Shown: positions 1-12,658 of the stretch, one piece after another
How the letters are laid out: the number at the start of each line of letters is the position of its first letter
How positions within the stretch are numbered: the first letter of the stretch is position 1
Assembly: GCA_963752475.1 (NCBI GenBank)
Contig: CAVVYR010000008.1
Location: forward strand, 544,001-608,000
DNA length: 64,000 bases
Direction of reading: 5' to 3'
Source of the DNA: an uncultured Chloroflexia bacterium
GTDB taxonomy: Bacteria; Chloroflexota; Limnocylindria; Limnocylindrales; CSP1-4
Translations under genes and position numbers: made by a program
The notes under the pieces: generated by a model
Databases searched by the model: none
Seen by the model: only the letters and a program-made list of their open reading frames with translations
What the model was told of the DNA's origin: nothing

Positions 1-4
1 TCCG

Positions 5-757
5 GTGCCAGGTTCCGATCCCTGGGCCGGCCAGCAGCCGCCGCCCATGCCGCCTCCGGAGGCTCCGCCCGGCCAGCAGGGTGGCTGGGGTCCGCAGCAG
101 CCGATGTGGCAGCCGCCCCCCGCCTACCCGCTCGCGCCGGACGCCTACCCGGTCAACGTCTCGTACGACCGCAGCGCGAATATCAACCGACTATGGGGCA
201 TCCCGCTCATCGGTCAGTTCGTGCGCTTCATCCTGGCCATCCCGCACATCATCGTGATGTTCCTGCTGGCGATCATGGCCGGCCTGCAGTTCCTCGTCAG
301 CTGGATCCCCGTGCTGCTCCTGGGCCGTTACCCAGGGTGGGGCTACCGTTGGACGGGCGGCCTGCTGGCCTACTCACAGCGCGTGGGTGCCTACGTGCTG
401 CTGATGACGCCGGAGTATCCGCCCTTCGCGCTTGAGGCGGAGGCGTACCCCGTGACCGTGCGCTACGACGAGGGCGTGCGCATCAACCGGCTCTGGGGCA
501 TCCCGATCCTCGGGTACGTCGTTCGTGCGATCGTCCTCATCCCGCACTTCATCCTGATCTGGCTCCTGTCCATCCTGGCCTGGTTCCTGATGTTGGTGGT
601 GTGGGTGCCGGTGCTGATCCTGGGACGACAGGCTGACATCATCTACACCATCATCGGTGGCTTCTATCGCTGGCAGTTGCGCGTGAACGCCTACTTCCTG
701 CTGATGGTCGACAAGTACCCACCCTTCTCACTCGGAGAGGACGACCCACGACTGTGA
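5..757 (+). CDS. DUF4389-like membrane protein with two internal repeats (may start before the window)
   Basis: Two copies of 'INRLWGIP..G..VR.I..IPH.I' and 'AY.LLM...YPPF.L'; Pro/Gln-rich N-terminus. Confidence 0.75.
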   Translation: MPGSDPWAGQQPPPMPPPEAPPGQQGGWGPQQPMWQPPPAYPLAPDAYPVNVSYDRSANINRLWGIPLIGQFVRFILAIPHIIVMFLLAIMAGLQFLVSWIPVLLLGRYPGWGYRWTGGLLAYSQRVGAYVLLMTPEYPPFALEAEAYPVTVRYDEGVRINRLWGIPILGYVVRAIVLIPHFILIWLLSILAWFLMLVVWVPVLILGRQADIIYTIIGGFYRWQLRVNAYFLLMVDKYPPFSLGEDDPRL

Positions 758-1305
758 CCGACCCCAACAACGACAACGACAACGCGACGACCGACGGCGA
801 GGCGACTGATTCCGCCACGCCCGATCAGCTCGAGGGTGCGCTCGAAGCGGCCGAATCCGCGCTGACCCGCGGCCCGGAGGTCGACTACCTGCTGGTGGCC
901 GACCGAGCCGAGGTCGTCAACGGCAAGCTCTACCTCATGGGTGGCAGCTGGGACCGCATCCAGCCGCAGCAGTTTCCGCATCGGATGATGCTGGGCATCG
1001 CTCTCGGCGTGCGCATCCCCTTCGCCTACACCGACGACCAGCACACGGTGGCCATCGAGCTGCTCCATGGCGAGACGCGCATGATCGGCTTCGAGGCCAA
1101 GCTGGCCACTGGACGACCGCCCGGCATGTCGGGCATGGACATGCTCGTGCCCATGGCCTTCAACATCCCCATCGCCATCCCTGACGAGGGTCAGGTCGCG
1201 CTCAAGGCCGTCATCGACGGTCAACACGGGCGTCGCCACGACATCAAGGTCATCAAGCGCCCCCAGCAGCAGGGCCAGCAGAACCCGCCCATCCAGCGGT
1301 CGTAA
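754..1305 (+). CDS. Conserved hypothetical protein (DUF6941-like)
   Basis: 'LLVADRAEVVNGKLYLMGGSWD' motif; GTGA overlap with upstream gene. Confidence 0.6.
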   Translation: MTDPNNDNDNATTDGEATDSATPDQLEGALEAAESALTRGPEVDYLLVADRAEVVNGKLYLMGGSWDRIQPQQFPHRMMLGIALGVRIPFAYTDDQHTVAIELLHGETRMIGFEAKLATGRPPGMSGMDMLVPMAFNIPIAIPDEGQVALKAVIDGQHGRRHDIKVIKRPQQQGQQNPPIQRS

Positions 1306-1665
1306 CTCCGGCGGGCCTGGAGTCGCGCGGCTCGACATCGCGAGGGCCTGACTCGGTGGGCTGTTGTTCGCCGTGCGGCCGTGCCCCGGCTCCACGCCCA
1401 GGCCACCTCCTGTTCATCTCTGGCCACCTTCTGGTCGTATGTGCCCGTACGTGGCCTTGGCCAGGTGGCCTCGAGGTCTCGGAGCTCGGAATCGCATCGC
1501 TATGCGGGATTGCTGCAGAGAACACCCGATATGCATTCTTCGGTGCATCACGATGCACCATGGCTCGGTCCGGTGTTGAGGGCATCCGGCTAGTGGTCCC
1601 CACGGGTACATCTGACCAGAAACTGGGTGCCACGACCGTCATCGGCAGCCGCCCTGGCCCCATCG

Positions 1666-1694
1666 TTGACGCTCGGGCGCGGCAGGACTAGACT
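1666..1694 (+). promoter_or_regulatory. Sigma70-type promoter of the rrf2-suf-cys operon
   Basis: TTGACG (1666-1671), 17-bp spacer, TAGACT (1689-1694). Confidence 0.7.
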
Positions 1695-1695
1695 T

Positions 1696-1720
1696 AATCC
1701 TGACGAAATCAGTCGGAATT
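1696..1720. promoter_or_regulatory. IscR type-1-like Rrf2 operator
   Basis: AATCCTGACGAAATCAGTCGGAATT: imperfect palindrome resembling ATASYYGACTRWWWYAGTCRRSTAT; directly after the -10, upstream of an Rrf2 gene. Confidence 0.7.
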
Positions 1721-1786
1721 GCCGGGCGCATCCGCCCCGCGGCACCCCCAGTCCGCCCGGCTCCCCGGAGATCAGCAAGACCACCT

Positions 1787-2313
1787 GTGAGCACCACCGT
1801 CCCGACCTCGGGATCCCTTCACTTCTCCACGCGTGGGGAGTACGGCGTGCGTCTCATGGTGGAGCTCGCCCGTCACTACGGCAGCGGCCCCGTCAGCCTC
1901 AGCGAGATGGCTGACCACGAGCAGCTGCCGCGTCCGTATCTCGAGCAGCTCGTGGTGAGCCTCCGCGAGGGCGGCCTCGTCACCAGCACGCGTGGCGCTC
2001 GTGGCGGCTACGAGCTGTCGCGAGCTCCTGCCGACATCCGCATGTACGAGGTCCTGACCGCGCTGGAGGGGCCTGTCACACCGATGATCTGCGCCAGCGC
2101 CGATCCCGAACACGCGGAGACCTGCGGCCGCTCCGGCTGCTGCAACGTGGAGCAGCTTTGGCAGCGCGTCCGTGACGCCATCGTCGAAGCTCTCGACTCC
2201 ATGACGCTCGAAGAACTCGCCGAGCCCGTGCCCGGCAACCCAGCCCATCCTGAACCAGCCCTCGTGGCCGTCAAGCCACTCAGCCATCGGACCAAGGAGC
2301 CAGTCGCCCAGCC

Positions 2314-2317
<4 letters not shown>
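1787..2317 (+). CDS. Rrf2-family (IscR-like) Fe-S transcriptional regulator
   Basis: 'STRGEYGVR', 'YLEQL', 'STRGARGGYEL' motifs; Cys cluster C..C....CC. Confidence 0.9.
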
Positions 2318-3228
<911 letters not shown>

Positions 3229-3271
3229 CCGCCACCGGCTCAGGCCGGCCGGTGACGCCCGCGCGACACCC

Positions 3272-4543
<1,272 letters not shown>

Positions 4544-4577
4544 TAACAGCCCCGTATCGAGTACCCTGCACGAGCCC

Positions 4578-4988
4578 ATGGACGACCTTTACCGCGACGA
4601 GATCCTTGAGCACTACCGCGAGCCGCACAACTTCGGCACGCTCGACGCGCCTGACGCCAGCTACGAGGGGCACAACCCCCTCTGTGGTGACCGCATCACG
4701 ATGATGCTCATCGTCGATGACGCGGGTGCTGTCTCCGATGTCGCCTTCAGCGGCCGAGGCTGCGCCATAAGCCAGGCCAGCGCGAGCCTGCTGACCGACG
4801 AGATCAAGGGTCGTCCCGTGGCTGAGATCGAGGCCATGACCAATCAGGACATCCTCGAACTGCTGGGAATCGAGATCAGCCCCGCCCGCCTCAAGTGCGC
4901 TCTGCTCTCGCTATCCACGCTGCAGAACGCGCTCCAGGAGCGCGAAGGCAGGGAGGCCACTCCCGAGGCTCCGGAGGTCAACCCATGA
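4578..4988 (+). CDS. sufU: SufU/IscU-type scaffold or sulfur acceptor
   Basis: LYRDEILEHY, NPLCGD, GCAISQAS, RLKCALL. Confidence 0.9.
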   Translation: MDDLYRDEILEHYREPHNFGTLDAPDASYEGHNPLCGDRITMMLIVDDAGAVSDVAFSGRGCAISQASASLLTDEIKGRPVAEIEAMTNQDILELLGIEISPARLKCALLSLSTLQNALQEREGREATPEAPEVNP

Positions 4989-5123
4989 CCTCGGGCGTCA
5001 TCGGCGCGATGTCAAGGGGGACTTGCGAGTGTCATCGGCCGGCTACCGTCGCCGGCCCCTGACCACCGACCGACCGAATCCCCTTCGACCGCCCGAGTCG
5101 ATCCACCACGGAGCCACACCCCG

Positions 5124-6311
5124 ATGACCAAGACCTACCGAGACCTCCTCGCCGAGGCGCGAGAGACGGTCCGAGAGGTGTCCACGGCCGAAGCCGAAGC
5201 TGCTGCCGCCGAGGGCGCCACCATCCTCGACTGCCGCGAGGACAGCGAGTGGGAGCAGGGCCATGTCACCGGCGCCACGCACCTCTCGAAGTCCTACATC
5301 GAGCAGGACATCGAAGGACTCGTCCCGAACCGCGCGGCGCCCATCGTCGTCTACTGCGCTGGCGGCATCCGTTCGCTCTTCACGGCCCAGACGCTCGCGG
5401 AGATGGGCTACACCAACGCGACCTCGATGACCGGAGGCTTCCAGGCCTGGAAGTCGGAGGGTCGCTCCTGGGAGCAGCCTCGCGTCCTGACCCAGGAGCA
5501 GAAGTCGCGCTACTCGCGCCACCTGCTGATCCCCGAGGTCGGCGCCGAGGGCCAGGCTCAGCTGCTCGACTCGAAGGTGCTCTTCATCGGCGCCGGCGGG
5601 CTCGGCTCCCCGGCGATGCTGTACATGGCCGCAGCGGGCGTGGGCACCATCGGCATCGTCGACTTCGACGTCGTCGACGCCTCCAACCTGCAGCGCCAGG
5701 TCATCCACCGCACCGACCGCGTCGGCATGCGCAAGGTGGAGTCCGCCGAGATGACCATCACCGACCTCAACCCCGACGTGAAGGTCGTGGCCCACGAGGT
5801 CATGCTCGGTCCGGACAACGTCGAGGAGCTCATCGCCGGCTACGACCTCATCTTCGACGGCACCGACACCTTCGAGACCCGCTACGTGCTCAACGACGCC
5901 GCGGTCAAGGCCGAGATCCCAGTGGTCCACGCGAGCGTCTTCCGCTTCGAGGGCCAGCTGACGGTCTTCAAGCCCTTCGAAGGGCCCTGCTACCGCTGCC
6001 TCTACCCCACGCCCCCACCGCCTGAGCTGGCACCTGGCTGCTCCGTAGCCGGCGTCCTCGGCGTCGTGCCCGGCGTGATGGGCCTGCTCCAGGCCACCGA
6101 GGGCCTCAAGGTCCTGCTCGACATCGGCGACTCGCTCGCGGGCCGCCTGCTCATCTACGACGCGCTCGATGGAGCCTTCAGCGAGCTTCGACTCCAGCGC
6201 GACCCGAAGTGCCCGGCGTGCGGCGAGGGCGAGCAGCCCCAGCCAGCCGCTGACGATGGCGTCTTCGCTCTGCCCACCACACCAGCTGCCACGACGGGGG
6301 TGAACGCATGA
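5124..6311 (+). CDS. moeZ: MoeZ/MoeB sulfur-carrier adenylyltransferase with N-terminal rhodanese domain
   Basis: Rhodanese 'YCAGGIRS'; ThiF motifs RYSRH, GAGGLGSP, SNLQRQ, GPCYRC, CPAC. Confidence 0.88.
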   Translation: MTKTYRDLLAEARETVREVSTAEAEAAAAEGATILDCREDSEWEQGHVTGATHLSKSYIEQDIEGLVPNRAAPIVVYCAGGIRSLFTAQTLAEMGYTNATSMTGGFQAWKSEGRSWEQPRVLTQEQKSRYSRHLLIPEVGAEGQAQLLDSKVLFIGAGGLGSPAMLYMAAAGVGTIGIVDFDVVDASNLQRQVIHRTDRVGMRKVESAEMTITDLNPDVKVVAHEVMLGPDNVEELIAGYDLIFDGTDTFETRYVLNDAAVKAEIPVVHASVFRFEGQLTVFKPFEGPCYRCLYPTPPPPELAPGCSVAGVLGVVPGVMGLLQATEGLKVLLDIGDSLAGRLLIYDALDGAFSELRLQRDPKCPACGEGEQPQPAADDGVFALPTTPAATTGVNA

Positions 6312-6583
6312 CCGTGGTCCGCATCCCGCCGGTACTGCGCGCGCAGGCCGGCAACAACAAGAAGGTGGACGTCACCGGCGCCACGGTCGGTGCCGCCCTC
6401 GAGTCGCTGCTCGAGCAGTACCCGGGCTTGCGCGAGCAGGTCTTCACCGATGACGGCGCGCTCAACCGCTTCGTCAACGTCTACGTCAACGGGCGTGACG
6501 TGCGCTACGAGCAGGAGCTCGAGACGCCGGTGGGGGAGAGCGACGAGGTCATCCTCCTGCCCGCCATGGCCGGGGGCTGCTAG
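6308..6583 (+). CDS. cysO: MoaD/ThiS-family sulfur carrier (CysO-like) ending in GGC
   Basis: Ubiquitin-like 'VRIPPVLR...FVNVYVNG.DVR...LPAMAGGC'; lies between moeZ and cysM. Confidence 0.8.
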   Translation: MTVVRIPPVLRAQAGNNKKVDVTGATVGAALESLLEQYPGLREQVFTDDGALNRFVNVYVNGRDVRYEQELETPVGESDEVILLPAMAGGC

Positions 6584-6596
6584 CGAGGTCCTCGTC

Positions 6597-7606
<1,010 letters not shown>

Positions 7607-7613
<7 letters not shown>

Positions 7614-8206
7614 ACGACGAACGACCCCGCGCTCCCGAGGTGCTCTCCGCGACCGACGAACCGGCCGTGGCCGGTGAGGGTGAGGTCGTGCCCGAGGTCG
7701 GAGCTTGGCAACGTGCGGCCGATAGCGGTGCCGCGGCCAGCGAGCGCGCTGCCGAGGCGGGCCCTCGTGGCGCCGGACCGCCCTGGGTGCCCGCCTCCGC
7801 TCGTATCCCCGCCGGTATCCGCCACGAGGTGGTCGAATGGCTGCGCTCGGCCGCGCCCAACGAGGGCTGTGGCGTGCTCGTGGCCCCGACGGTGGCCGAG
7901 GATGGCGGCGTACCCACGCGCTTCGTGGGCATGCGCAACGTGGCCGAGTCGCCCTACCGCTACCTCATGGACCCCATGGAGCAGCTGGAGCTGCTCGAGG
8001 AGATCGACGAGAACGACGAGGTCGTGTGGGCCATCGTCCACTCGCACGTGGAGTCGCCGCCGTACCCGTCGCCCACCGACATCGGTCTGGCGGCCTTCCC
8101 TGAGGCGATCTACCTGCTGGCGTCGTTCGCGGTCGAGCCACCCGAGCTGCGCGCCTGGACCATCGTCGACGGTGCTGTCAACGAGGTCGTGCTGGAGCGC
8201 ACGTAG
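7607..8206 (+). CDS. mec: JAB/M67 metallopeptidase (Mec-like CysO-cysteine peptidase)
   Basis: PNEGCG and HSH...YPS.TD JAMM motif; operon context. Confidence 0.85.
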
Positions 8207-8281
8207 CCGATCCCCATCTCGCGGTGCAACGCAACCGGGAGCGTCGTACACTCGCGGCCCAGTCAAGGAGGAGAGCGGGAA

Positions 8282-8773
8282 ATGAGTCAACTATTGGTCA
8301 TCACCTTCGAGGCCCGCGAAACCGCTGATCAGGCCGCCGAGCGCCTCAAGGGCGTCCAGAAGGCGCACGCCGCGAGCATCGCTGACATGGCCGTGGTGGA
8401 GAAGGATGAGAACGGCAAGGTCCACGTCAAGCACGGTGTGGACACCACGACCGCGGGCGGCGCCTGGGTCGGCGGCGCCCTGGGCCTGCTCCTGGGTCTC
8501 GTCTTCTTCCCCGTCGCCGGTCTGGCCATCGGTGCCGTCGCCGGCGCTGCCATCGGACGGTCCCTGCACCAGAACGTGGACAAGAAGCTGGTGCAGGACG
8601 TGACCGAGGATCTGACCGAGAACACCTCGGCCCTATTCGTCGTCGGTGAGGGTCAGGCATCCGCCGTCATCAACGCGCTCGGCCCGTACAAGGGCAAGGT
8701 CTACCAGACCACCCTCGACGCCGAGGCCGAGGCCCAGATCCAGGCCGCTCTGGACGTCGAGCGCAAGGACTAG
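8282..8773 (+). CDS. DUF1269-family membrane protein
   Basis: 'AVVEKDENGKVHV', Gly-rich TM hairpin, 'SALFVV'; strong RBS. Confidence 0.8.
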   Translation: MSQLLVITFEARETADQAAERLKGVQKAHAASIADMAVVEKDENGKVHVKHGVDTTTAGGAWVGGALGLLLGLVFFPVAGLAIGAVAGAAIGRSLHQNVDKKLVQDVTEDLTENTSALFVVGEGQASAVINALGPYKGKVYQTTLDAEAEAQIQAALDVERKD

Positions 8774-11133
8774 TCCTTCGCCTCCAGCGTGATCAGCTGG
8801 ACGGGTCCGCGTTGGCTGTTGCGCCCGTTGAGGGCGAGGAAGTCGGCCCGTCCGTCGCTGTCGTAGTCGAGGGCGATGACGTCGTCCTCGCTACCACCTC
8901 GCACCTCCGGCACGTCGATCGTGCTGAAGTCGCTGCCATCACCGGCGTTGCGCAGGATGATGTCGTGCGCGCCACCGTCCGACTTGCCCTGCAGCACGTA
9001 GAGGTCGGTGTCGCCGTCACCGTCGGCGTCACCGGCGGCCAGGGCCGTGCCCTCGGACACGCCACGATCCCAGGTGCGCTCGAAGCGGCCATCCTGCGCC
9101 AGCGACACCACGACCCGGTCCGGTGAGAGCTGCACGAGGTCGAGCTCACCGTCGCCGTCGAGGTCGGCCAGCAGCGCATCGCGCTCGTCGATGGATCCGA
9201 TGCCGGTCTCGGTCGTGACATCGGTGAAGGCCAGTCCCTCCTCGTTGCGGTAGAGGCGGATGCCCGCCTTTGGTCCAACGGCGCGCTTGTCCCAGTAGAC
9301 CAACAGCATGTCATCGCGCCCGTCGCCGTCGTAGTCGGCGATGTGGATGCCCTCGGCGGCCAGGCCGGTGTCGATGCCCGGGACCTGCGCTGCCTCGAAG
9401 TCGGCTGGACCCACGGCCAGGAATGCGCGATTGGTCGAGGGCTGGCCGTCCATGCGCTTGGTCTCCTGGCCGATGAAGAGGTCGAGATCGCCGTCCTCGT
9501 CGATGTCGAAGAAGCGCGGCTGCCGACCACGACCCAGGGGCTCGGTCGCGCCACCCGCCGTGGGGTGGAGCCGAGGAGTGTCGCCACCGGGGTCGAGCCA
9601 CAACTGGTTGTGCTTGGTGCCCGTGCCGCGTGAGGCCCCGAAGGCACAGTAGAGATCGGGCAGGCCGCTGGCATCGATGTCGGCGGCGGCACAGGCGTGG
9701 CGATCTCCGCCACCGAACTTCAGCTCCGAGTCGACATAGTTGCCGCCGTCGTTGCGGTAGAGGCGCCCGCGGGCACCATGCCGACCGAGGAACACATCCG
9801 CGTCGCCATCCCCATCGAAGTCGGCCGCCGTCGCGCCCCATGACTGGCTCTCCGTCGGCAGGCCGGCCTCCCCGGCGACGTCGACTGCCACGACGCGGCC
9901 TGGCAGCGGACCTTCGGGCTCGGCCGTGACCGGCGCCGGCGGCGATACGGAGTCCGAGGTCAGCACGGGGCTGGATGCCGGTCTCTGCTCGGCGTCACAG
10001 ATCCGGGCGACGATGCCTTCATCGGCCCGGCCCACGACCCAACCGTCGACGCCCGGGTCGCCGCTGATATCGGTGACCGTGCCCATTCCCCAGCCGCGGC
10101 GTGCGTCGGTGACCCGCCAGCGCTCGTCCACGTATCGCGCCACCAGCGGGGCATAGCGTCCCTTCTCCGCGTCCCAGCGCGTGCCGCCCACCGTGAGCAC
10201 GCCCTCGACGAGTGACACGCTCGTGAGCAGTGCGGGCTCGGCGCCGAGGTCAGGTGGCTCGAACTCCGACCAGATGACGCCACCCCAGCGCATGATCAGC
10301 GGCCTGATCGTGCCGCCTTCGAGTCGATGTCCTACGGCCCAGCCGACGTCGGACGTGGGCACGTCGATGTCGGCGATGGCAGCGTCCGGAGCGCCATCGA
10401 TCACGAAGCGGTCCCAGCCGGTGCCCTCTCGGACAGCGATGTAGGGATCCATGCTTGCATCCGAGAGTGCGGCGCCCACGACCCAGACCCCGCCCTCATC
10501 GCTGACAGAGATGCCGGCCAGGGTCGCGCGTTCGCCGTCCTCGAGCGGCAGGCGATGGCCGGTCCGGCCGTCTTCACCCAGCTGGACTACCCAGGGTCGT
10601 TGGTCGCCGGGCGCGCCCTGCAGGAAGCCGGAGGCCCAGGCGCCAGCCTGCGGCGAGGCGTCGACGTCGGTGAGGGCGGCGTTGAAGCCATCCGGCCGGA
10701 TGGTCTCCGTGCGGCCCCAACCCCCATCGTCACGGCGCGTCACGTATGCCGCCACGAAGTCCGTCTCGCGGCCGAAGCCGACGGCCCAGATAGGCTCGCC
10801 CGGACCGGTCGAGGCGATGGCCATGAGCCCTGAGTCGCGCGTGTCAGGCAGCGGTGGTTGCTCCAACTCCGCACGCTCTCCGAGGCCGTGAAGCACCGCC
10901 GCTGCGCGTCGCCCGCCGCCGAGCAGCGCGCCACCGGCGATCCAGGGCTTGTCAGGGTCGAAGGCAAGGACCCCTTCCGGTGCGATGTCCGCCCGCAGCT
11001 CCACGTCGGCCCAGCCGCGGTCGCACACGACGTCCTCGTCGGCGACGACCGGACCGGCCGCGATCGGGAAGGTCAGCACCAGGCCGAGCGCCATGGAGAG
11101 GGCTGGGAACCGGCGGCGGATCGTCGATGTCAT
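8770..11133 (-). CDS. Secreted beta-propeller protein with FG-GAP/VCBS repeats (CRTAC1-like C-terminus)
   Basis: Signal peptide; repeated 'WAVG' blades; many D.DGDG..D calcium loops. Confidence 0.8.
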   Translation of the reverse strand: MTSTIRRRFPALSMALGLVLTFPIAAGPVVADEDVVCDRGWADVELRADIAPEGVLAFDPDKPWIAGGALLGGGRRAAAVLHGLGERAELEQPPLPDTRDSGLMAIASTGPGEPIWAVGFGRETDFVAAYVTRRDDGGWGRTETIRPDGFNAALTDVDASPQAGAWASGFLQGAPGDQRPWVVQLGEDGRTGHRLPLEDGERATLAGISVSDEGGVWVVGAALSDASMDPYIAVREGTGWDRFVIDGAPDAAIADIDVPTSDVGWAVGHRLEGGTIRPLIMRWGGVIWSEFEPPDLGAEPALLTSVSLVEGVLTVGGTRWDAEKGRYAPLVARYVDERWRVTDARRGWGMGTVTDISGDPGVDGWVVGRADEGIVARICDAEQRPASSPVLTSDSVSPPAPVTAEPEGPLPGRVVAVDVAGEAGLPTESQSWGATAADFDGDGDADVFLGRHGARGRLYRNDGGNYVDSELKFGGGDRHACAAADIDASGLPDLYCAFGASRGTGTKHNQLWLDPGGDTPRLHPTAGGATEPLGRGRQPRFFDIDEDGDLDLFIGQETKRMDGQPSTNRAFLAVGPADFEAAQVPGIDTGLAAEGIHIADYDGDGRDDMLLVYWDKRAVGPKAGIRLYRNEEGLAFTDVTTETGIGSIDERDALLADLDGDGELDLVQLSPDRVVVSLAQDGRFERTWDRGVSEGTALAAGDADGDGDTDLYVLQGKSDGGAHDIILRNAGDGSDFSTIDVPEVRGGSEDDVIALDYDSDGRADFLALNGRNSQRGPVQLITLEAKD

Positions 11134-11271
11134 GGTGGTGACATCACTATCGCACGGGTGCTCGGCGCCTCGTCGGTGCCATGTCCTCGCAACCAGTCGC
11201 CTCAGCGGCTCTGGGAGGGGAGGACTCCGAAGGACGCGCGCTCCGGGTCGGCTCGATCCGCTCGGGCTCGG

Positions 11272-11718
11272 TCACTCCTCGCCGATATCCTCGTTCCAGA
11301 CGTCCGGATAGCGCTCGATGAACTCGGCCATGAGGGCCTTGCACTCGGGCGAGTCGAGGTTGATGACCTCCACGCCGCGCGAGCGCAGGTAGTCCTCGCC
11401 GCCCATGAAGGTCTCGTTCTCACCGATGACCACGCGGGGGATGCCGTAGAGCAGGATGGCGCCGGTGCACATATCGCAGGGTGAGAGCGTGGTGTACATC
11501 GTGGCCCGCTTGTAGACCGAGGCGTGGAGTCGGCCGACGTTCTCGAGGCAGTCGGTCTCACCGTGGCGGATGACCGAGCCCTGCTGCACGCGCTTGTTGT
11601 GGCCCGAGCCGAGGATCTTGCCGTCGGCCACGAGCGCGGCCCCGACCGGGACGCCACCCGCGGCCAAGCCCTGCGCGCCCTCGTCGATAGCGATCTTCAT
11701 GAAGTCGTGGTCGTCCAC
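11272..11718 (-). CDS. Nucleoside/cytosine deaminase (zinc-dependent CDA fold)
   Basis: HGE and PC..C motifs; GTG start at 11718 with GAGGAGG RBS. Confidence 0.88.
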   Translation of the reverse strand: MDDHDFMKIAIDEGAQGLAAGGVPVGAALVADGKILGSGHNKRVQQGSVIRHGETDCLENVGRLHASVYKRATMYTTLSPCDMCTGAILLYGIPRVVIGENETFMGGEDYLRSRGVEVINLDSPECKALMAEFIERYPDVWNEDIGEE

Positions 11719-11740
11719 GGTTCCCTCCTCTTGTCGGCAT

Positions 11741-12658
11741 CTAGGACCGACGATACGGCTTGAGGTAGGCGCCCGGGTAGGGCACATTGCGCCCGGACAG
11801 GGCGAGCGCGAGGATGACGATGAGGTACGGCAGCGCGAGCATGACTTCGTTGGGGATGTCCTCGAAGCCGGGCGTGATGCGCAGGCGCAGGCCCAGCGAG
11901 TAGACGGCCGCGAAGATGAGCGCGCCCAAGACGCCGCGGAAGATGCGCCAGCGCCCGAAGATGACGAGCGCGATGACCACCCACCCGCGTCCCGCGATGA
12001 TGTCGAGCGTGAAGGTACCCAGCACCGCGAGCGTGATGAAGGCGCCACCGACGGCCATCAGCGCGCCGCCGATCATGAGTGCGATGTAGCGCACGCGGAA
12101 GACGTTGATGCCGGCCACGTCCGCTGCCTCGGGATTCTCTCCGACCGCGCGGATCGACAGGCCCAGCGGCGTCTTCATAAGCACGTACCAGGCCAGCGGC
12201 ACGACCACGAAGAAGGCGATGTAGGTGAGCCCGTACTGCTCGGCGACGGTGTCGAGCGGCGCCGGCAGGAAGCCGAAGATCTCCCATTCACCCATGGGCT
12301 CGATGCGCGGCAGCGAGCCGCCAGTGAAGATCATGCGGTTGGCGAACTCCGACAGGCCGATGAGCACGATGGTCAGACCCAGGCCGCTGACGTGCTGGTT
12401 CGCTCCCAGCGTCACCGTCATCAGCGCCATCAAGGCACCAGCGATGAGGCCCACGACGATGGCCCCGAGCAGGCCGATCCAGGGATCGCCCGTCTGATAG
12501 GCCACGGCGAAGCCGAAGAAGGCACCCGCGTACATCGTGCCCTCGACGCCCAGGTTGAGGATGCCCGCGCGTTCGGTGTAGGTCTCGCCCACGGTGCCGT
12601 AGACGAGCGGCGTGGCGTTGCGGAAGGTGGCCGCGATGATGTCGGCGAAGAACATCAT
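11741..12658 (-). CDS. ABC transporter permease (nucleoside/CUT2-type)
   Basis: ERAGILNLGVEG, RAVGENPEAA, AGRGW..IALVIFG. Confidence 0.9.
   Translation of the reverse strand: MMFFADIIAATFRNATPLVYGTVGETYTERAGILNLGVEGTMYAGAFFGFAVAYQTGDPWIGLLGAIVVGLIAGALMALMTVTLGANQHVSGLGLTIVLIGLSEFANRMIFTGGSLPRIEPMGEWEIFGFLPAPLDTVAEQYGLTYIAFFVVVPLAWYVLMKTPLGLSIRAVGENPEAADVAGINVFRVRYIALMIGGALMAVGGAFITLAVLGTFTLDIIAGRGWVVIALVIFGRWRIFRGVLGALIFAAVYSLGLRLRITPGFEDIPNEVMLALPYLIVILALALSGRNVPYPGAYLKPYRRS

Noticed and set aside
1306-1665. Structured RNA in the 360-bp intergenic region
   Set aside because: Only short palindromes; no tRNA or riboswitch consensus recognised.
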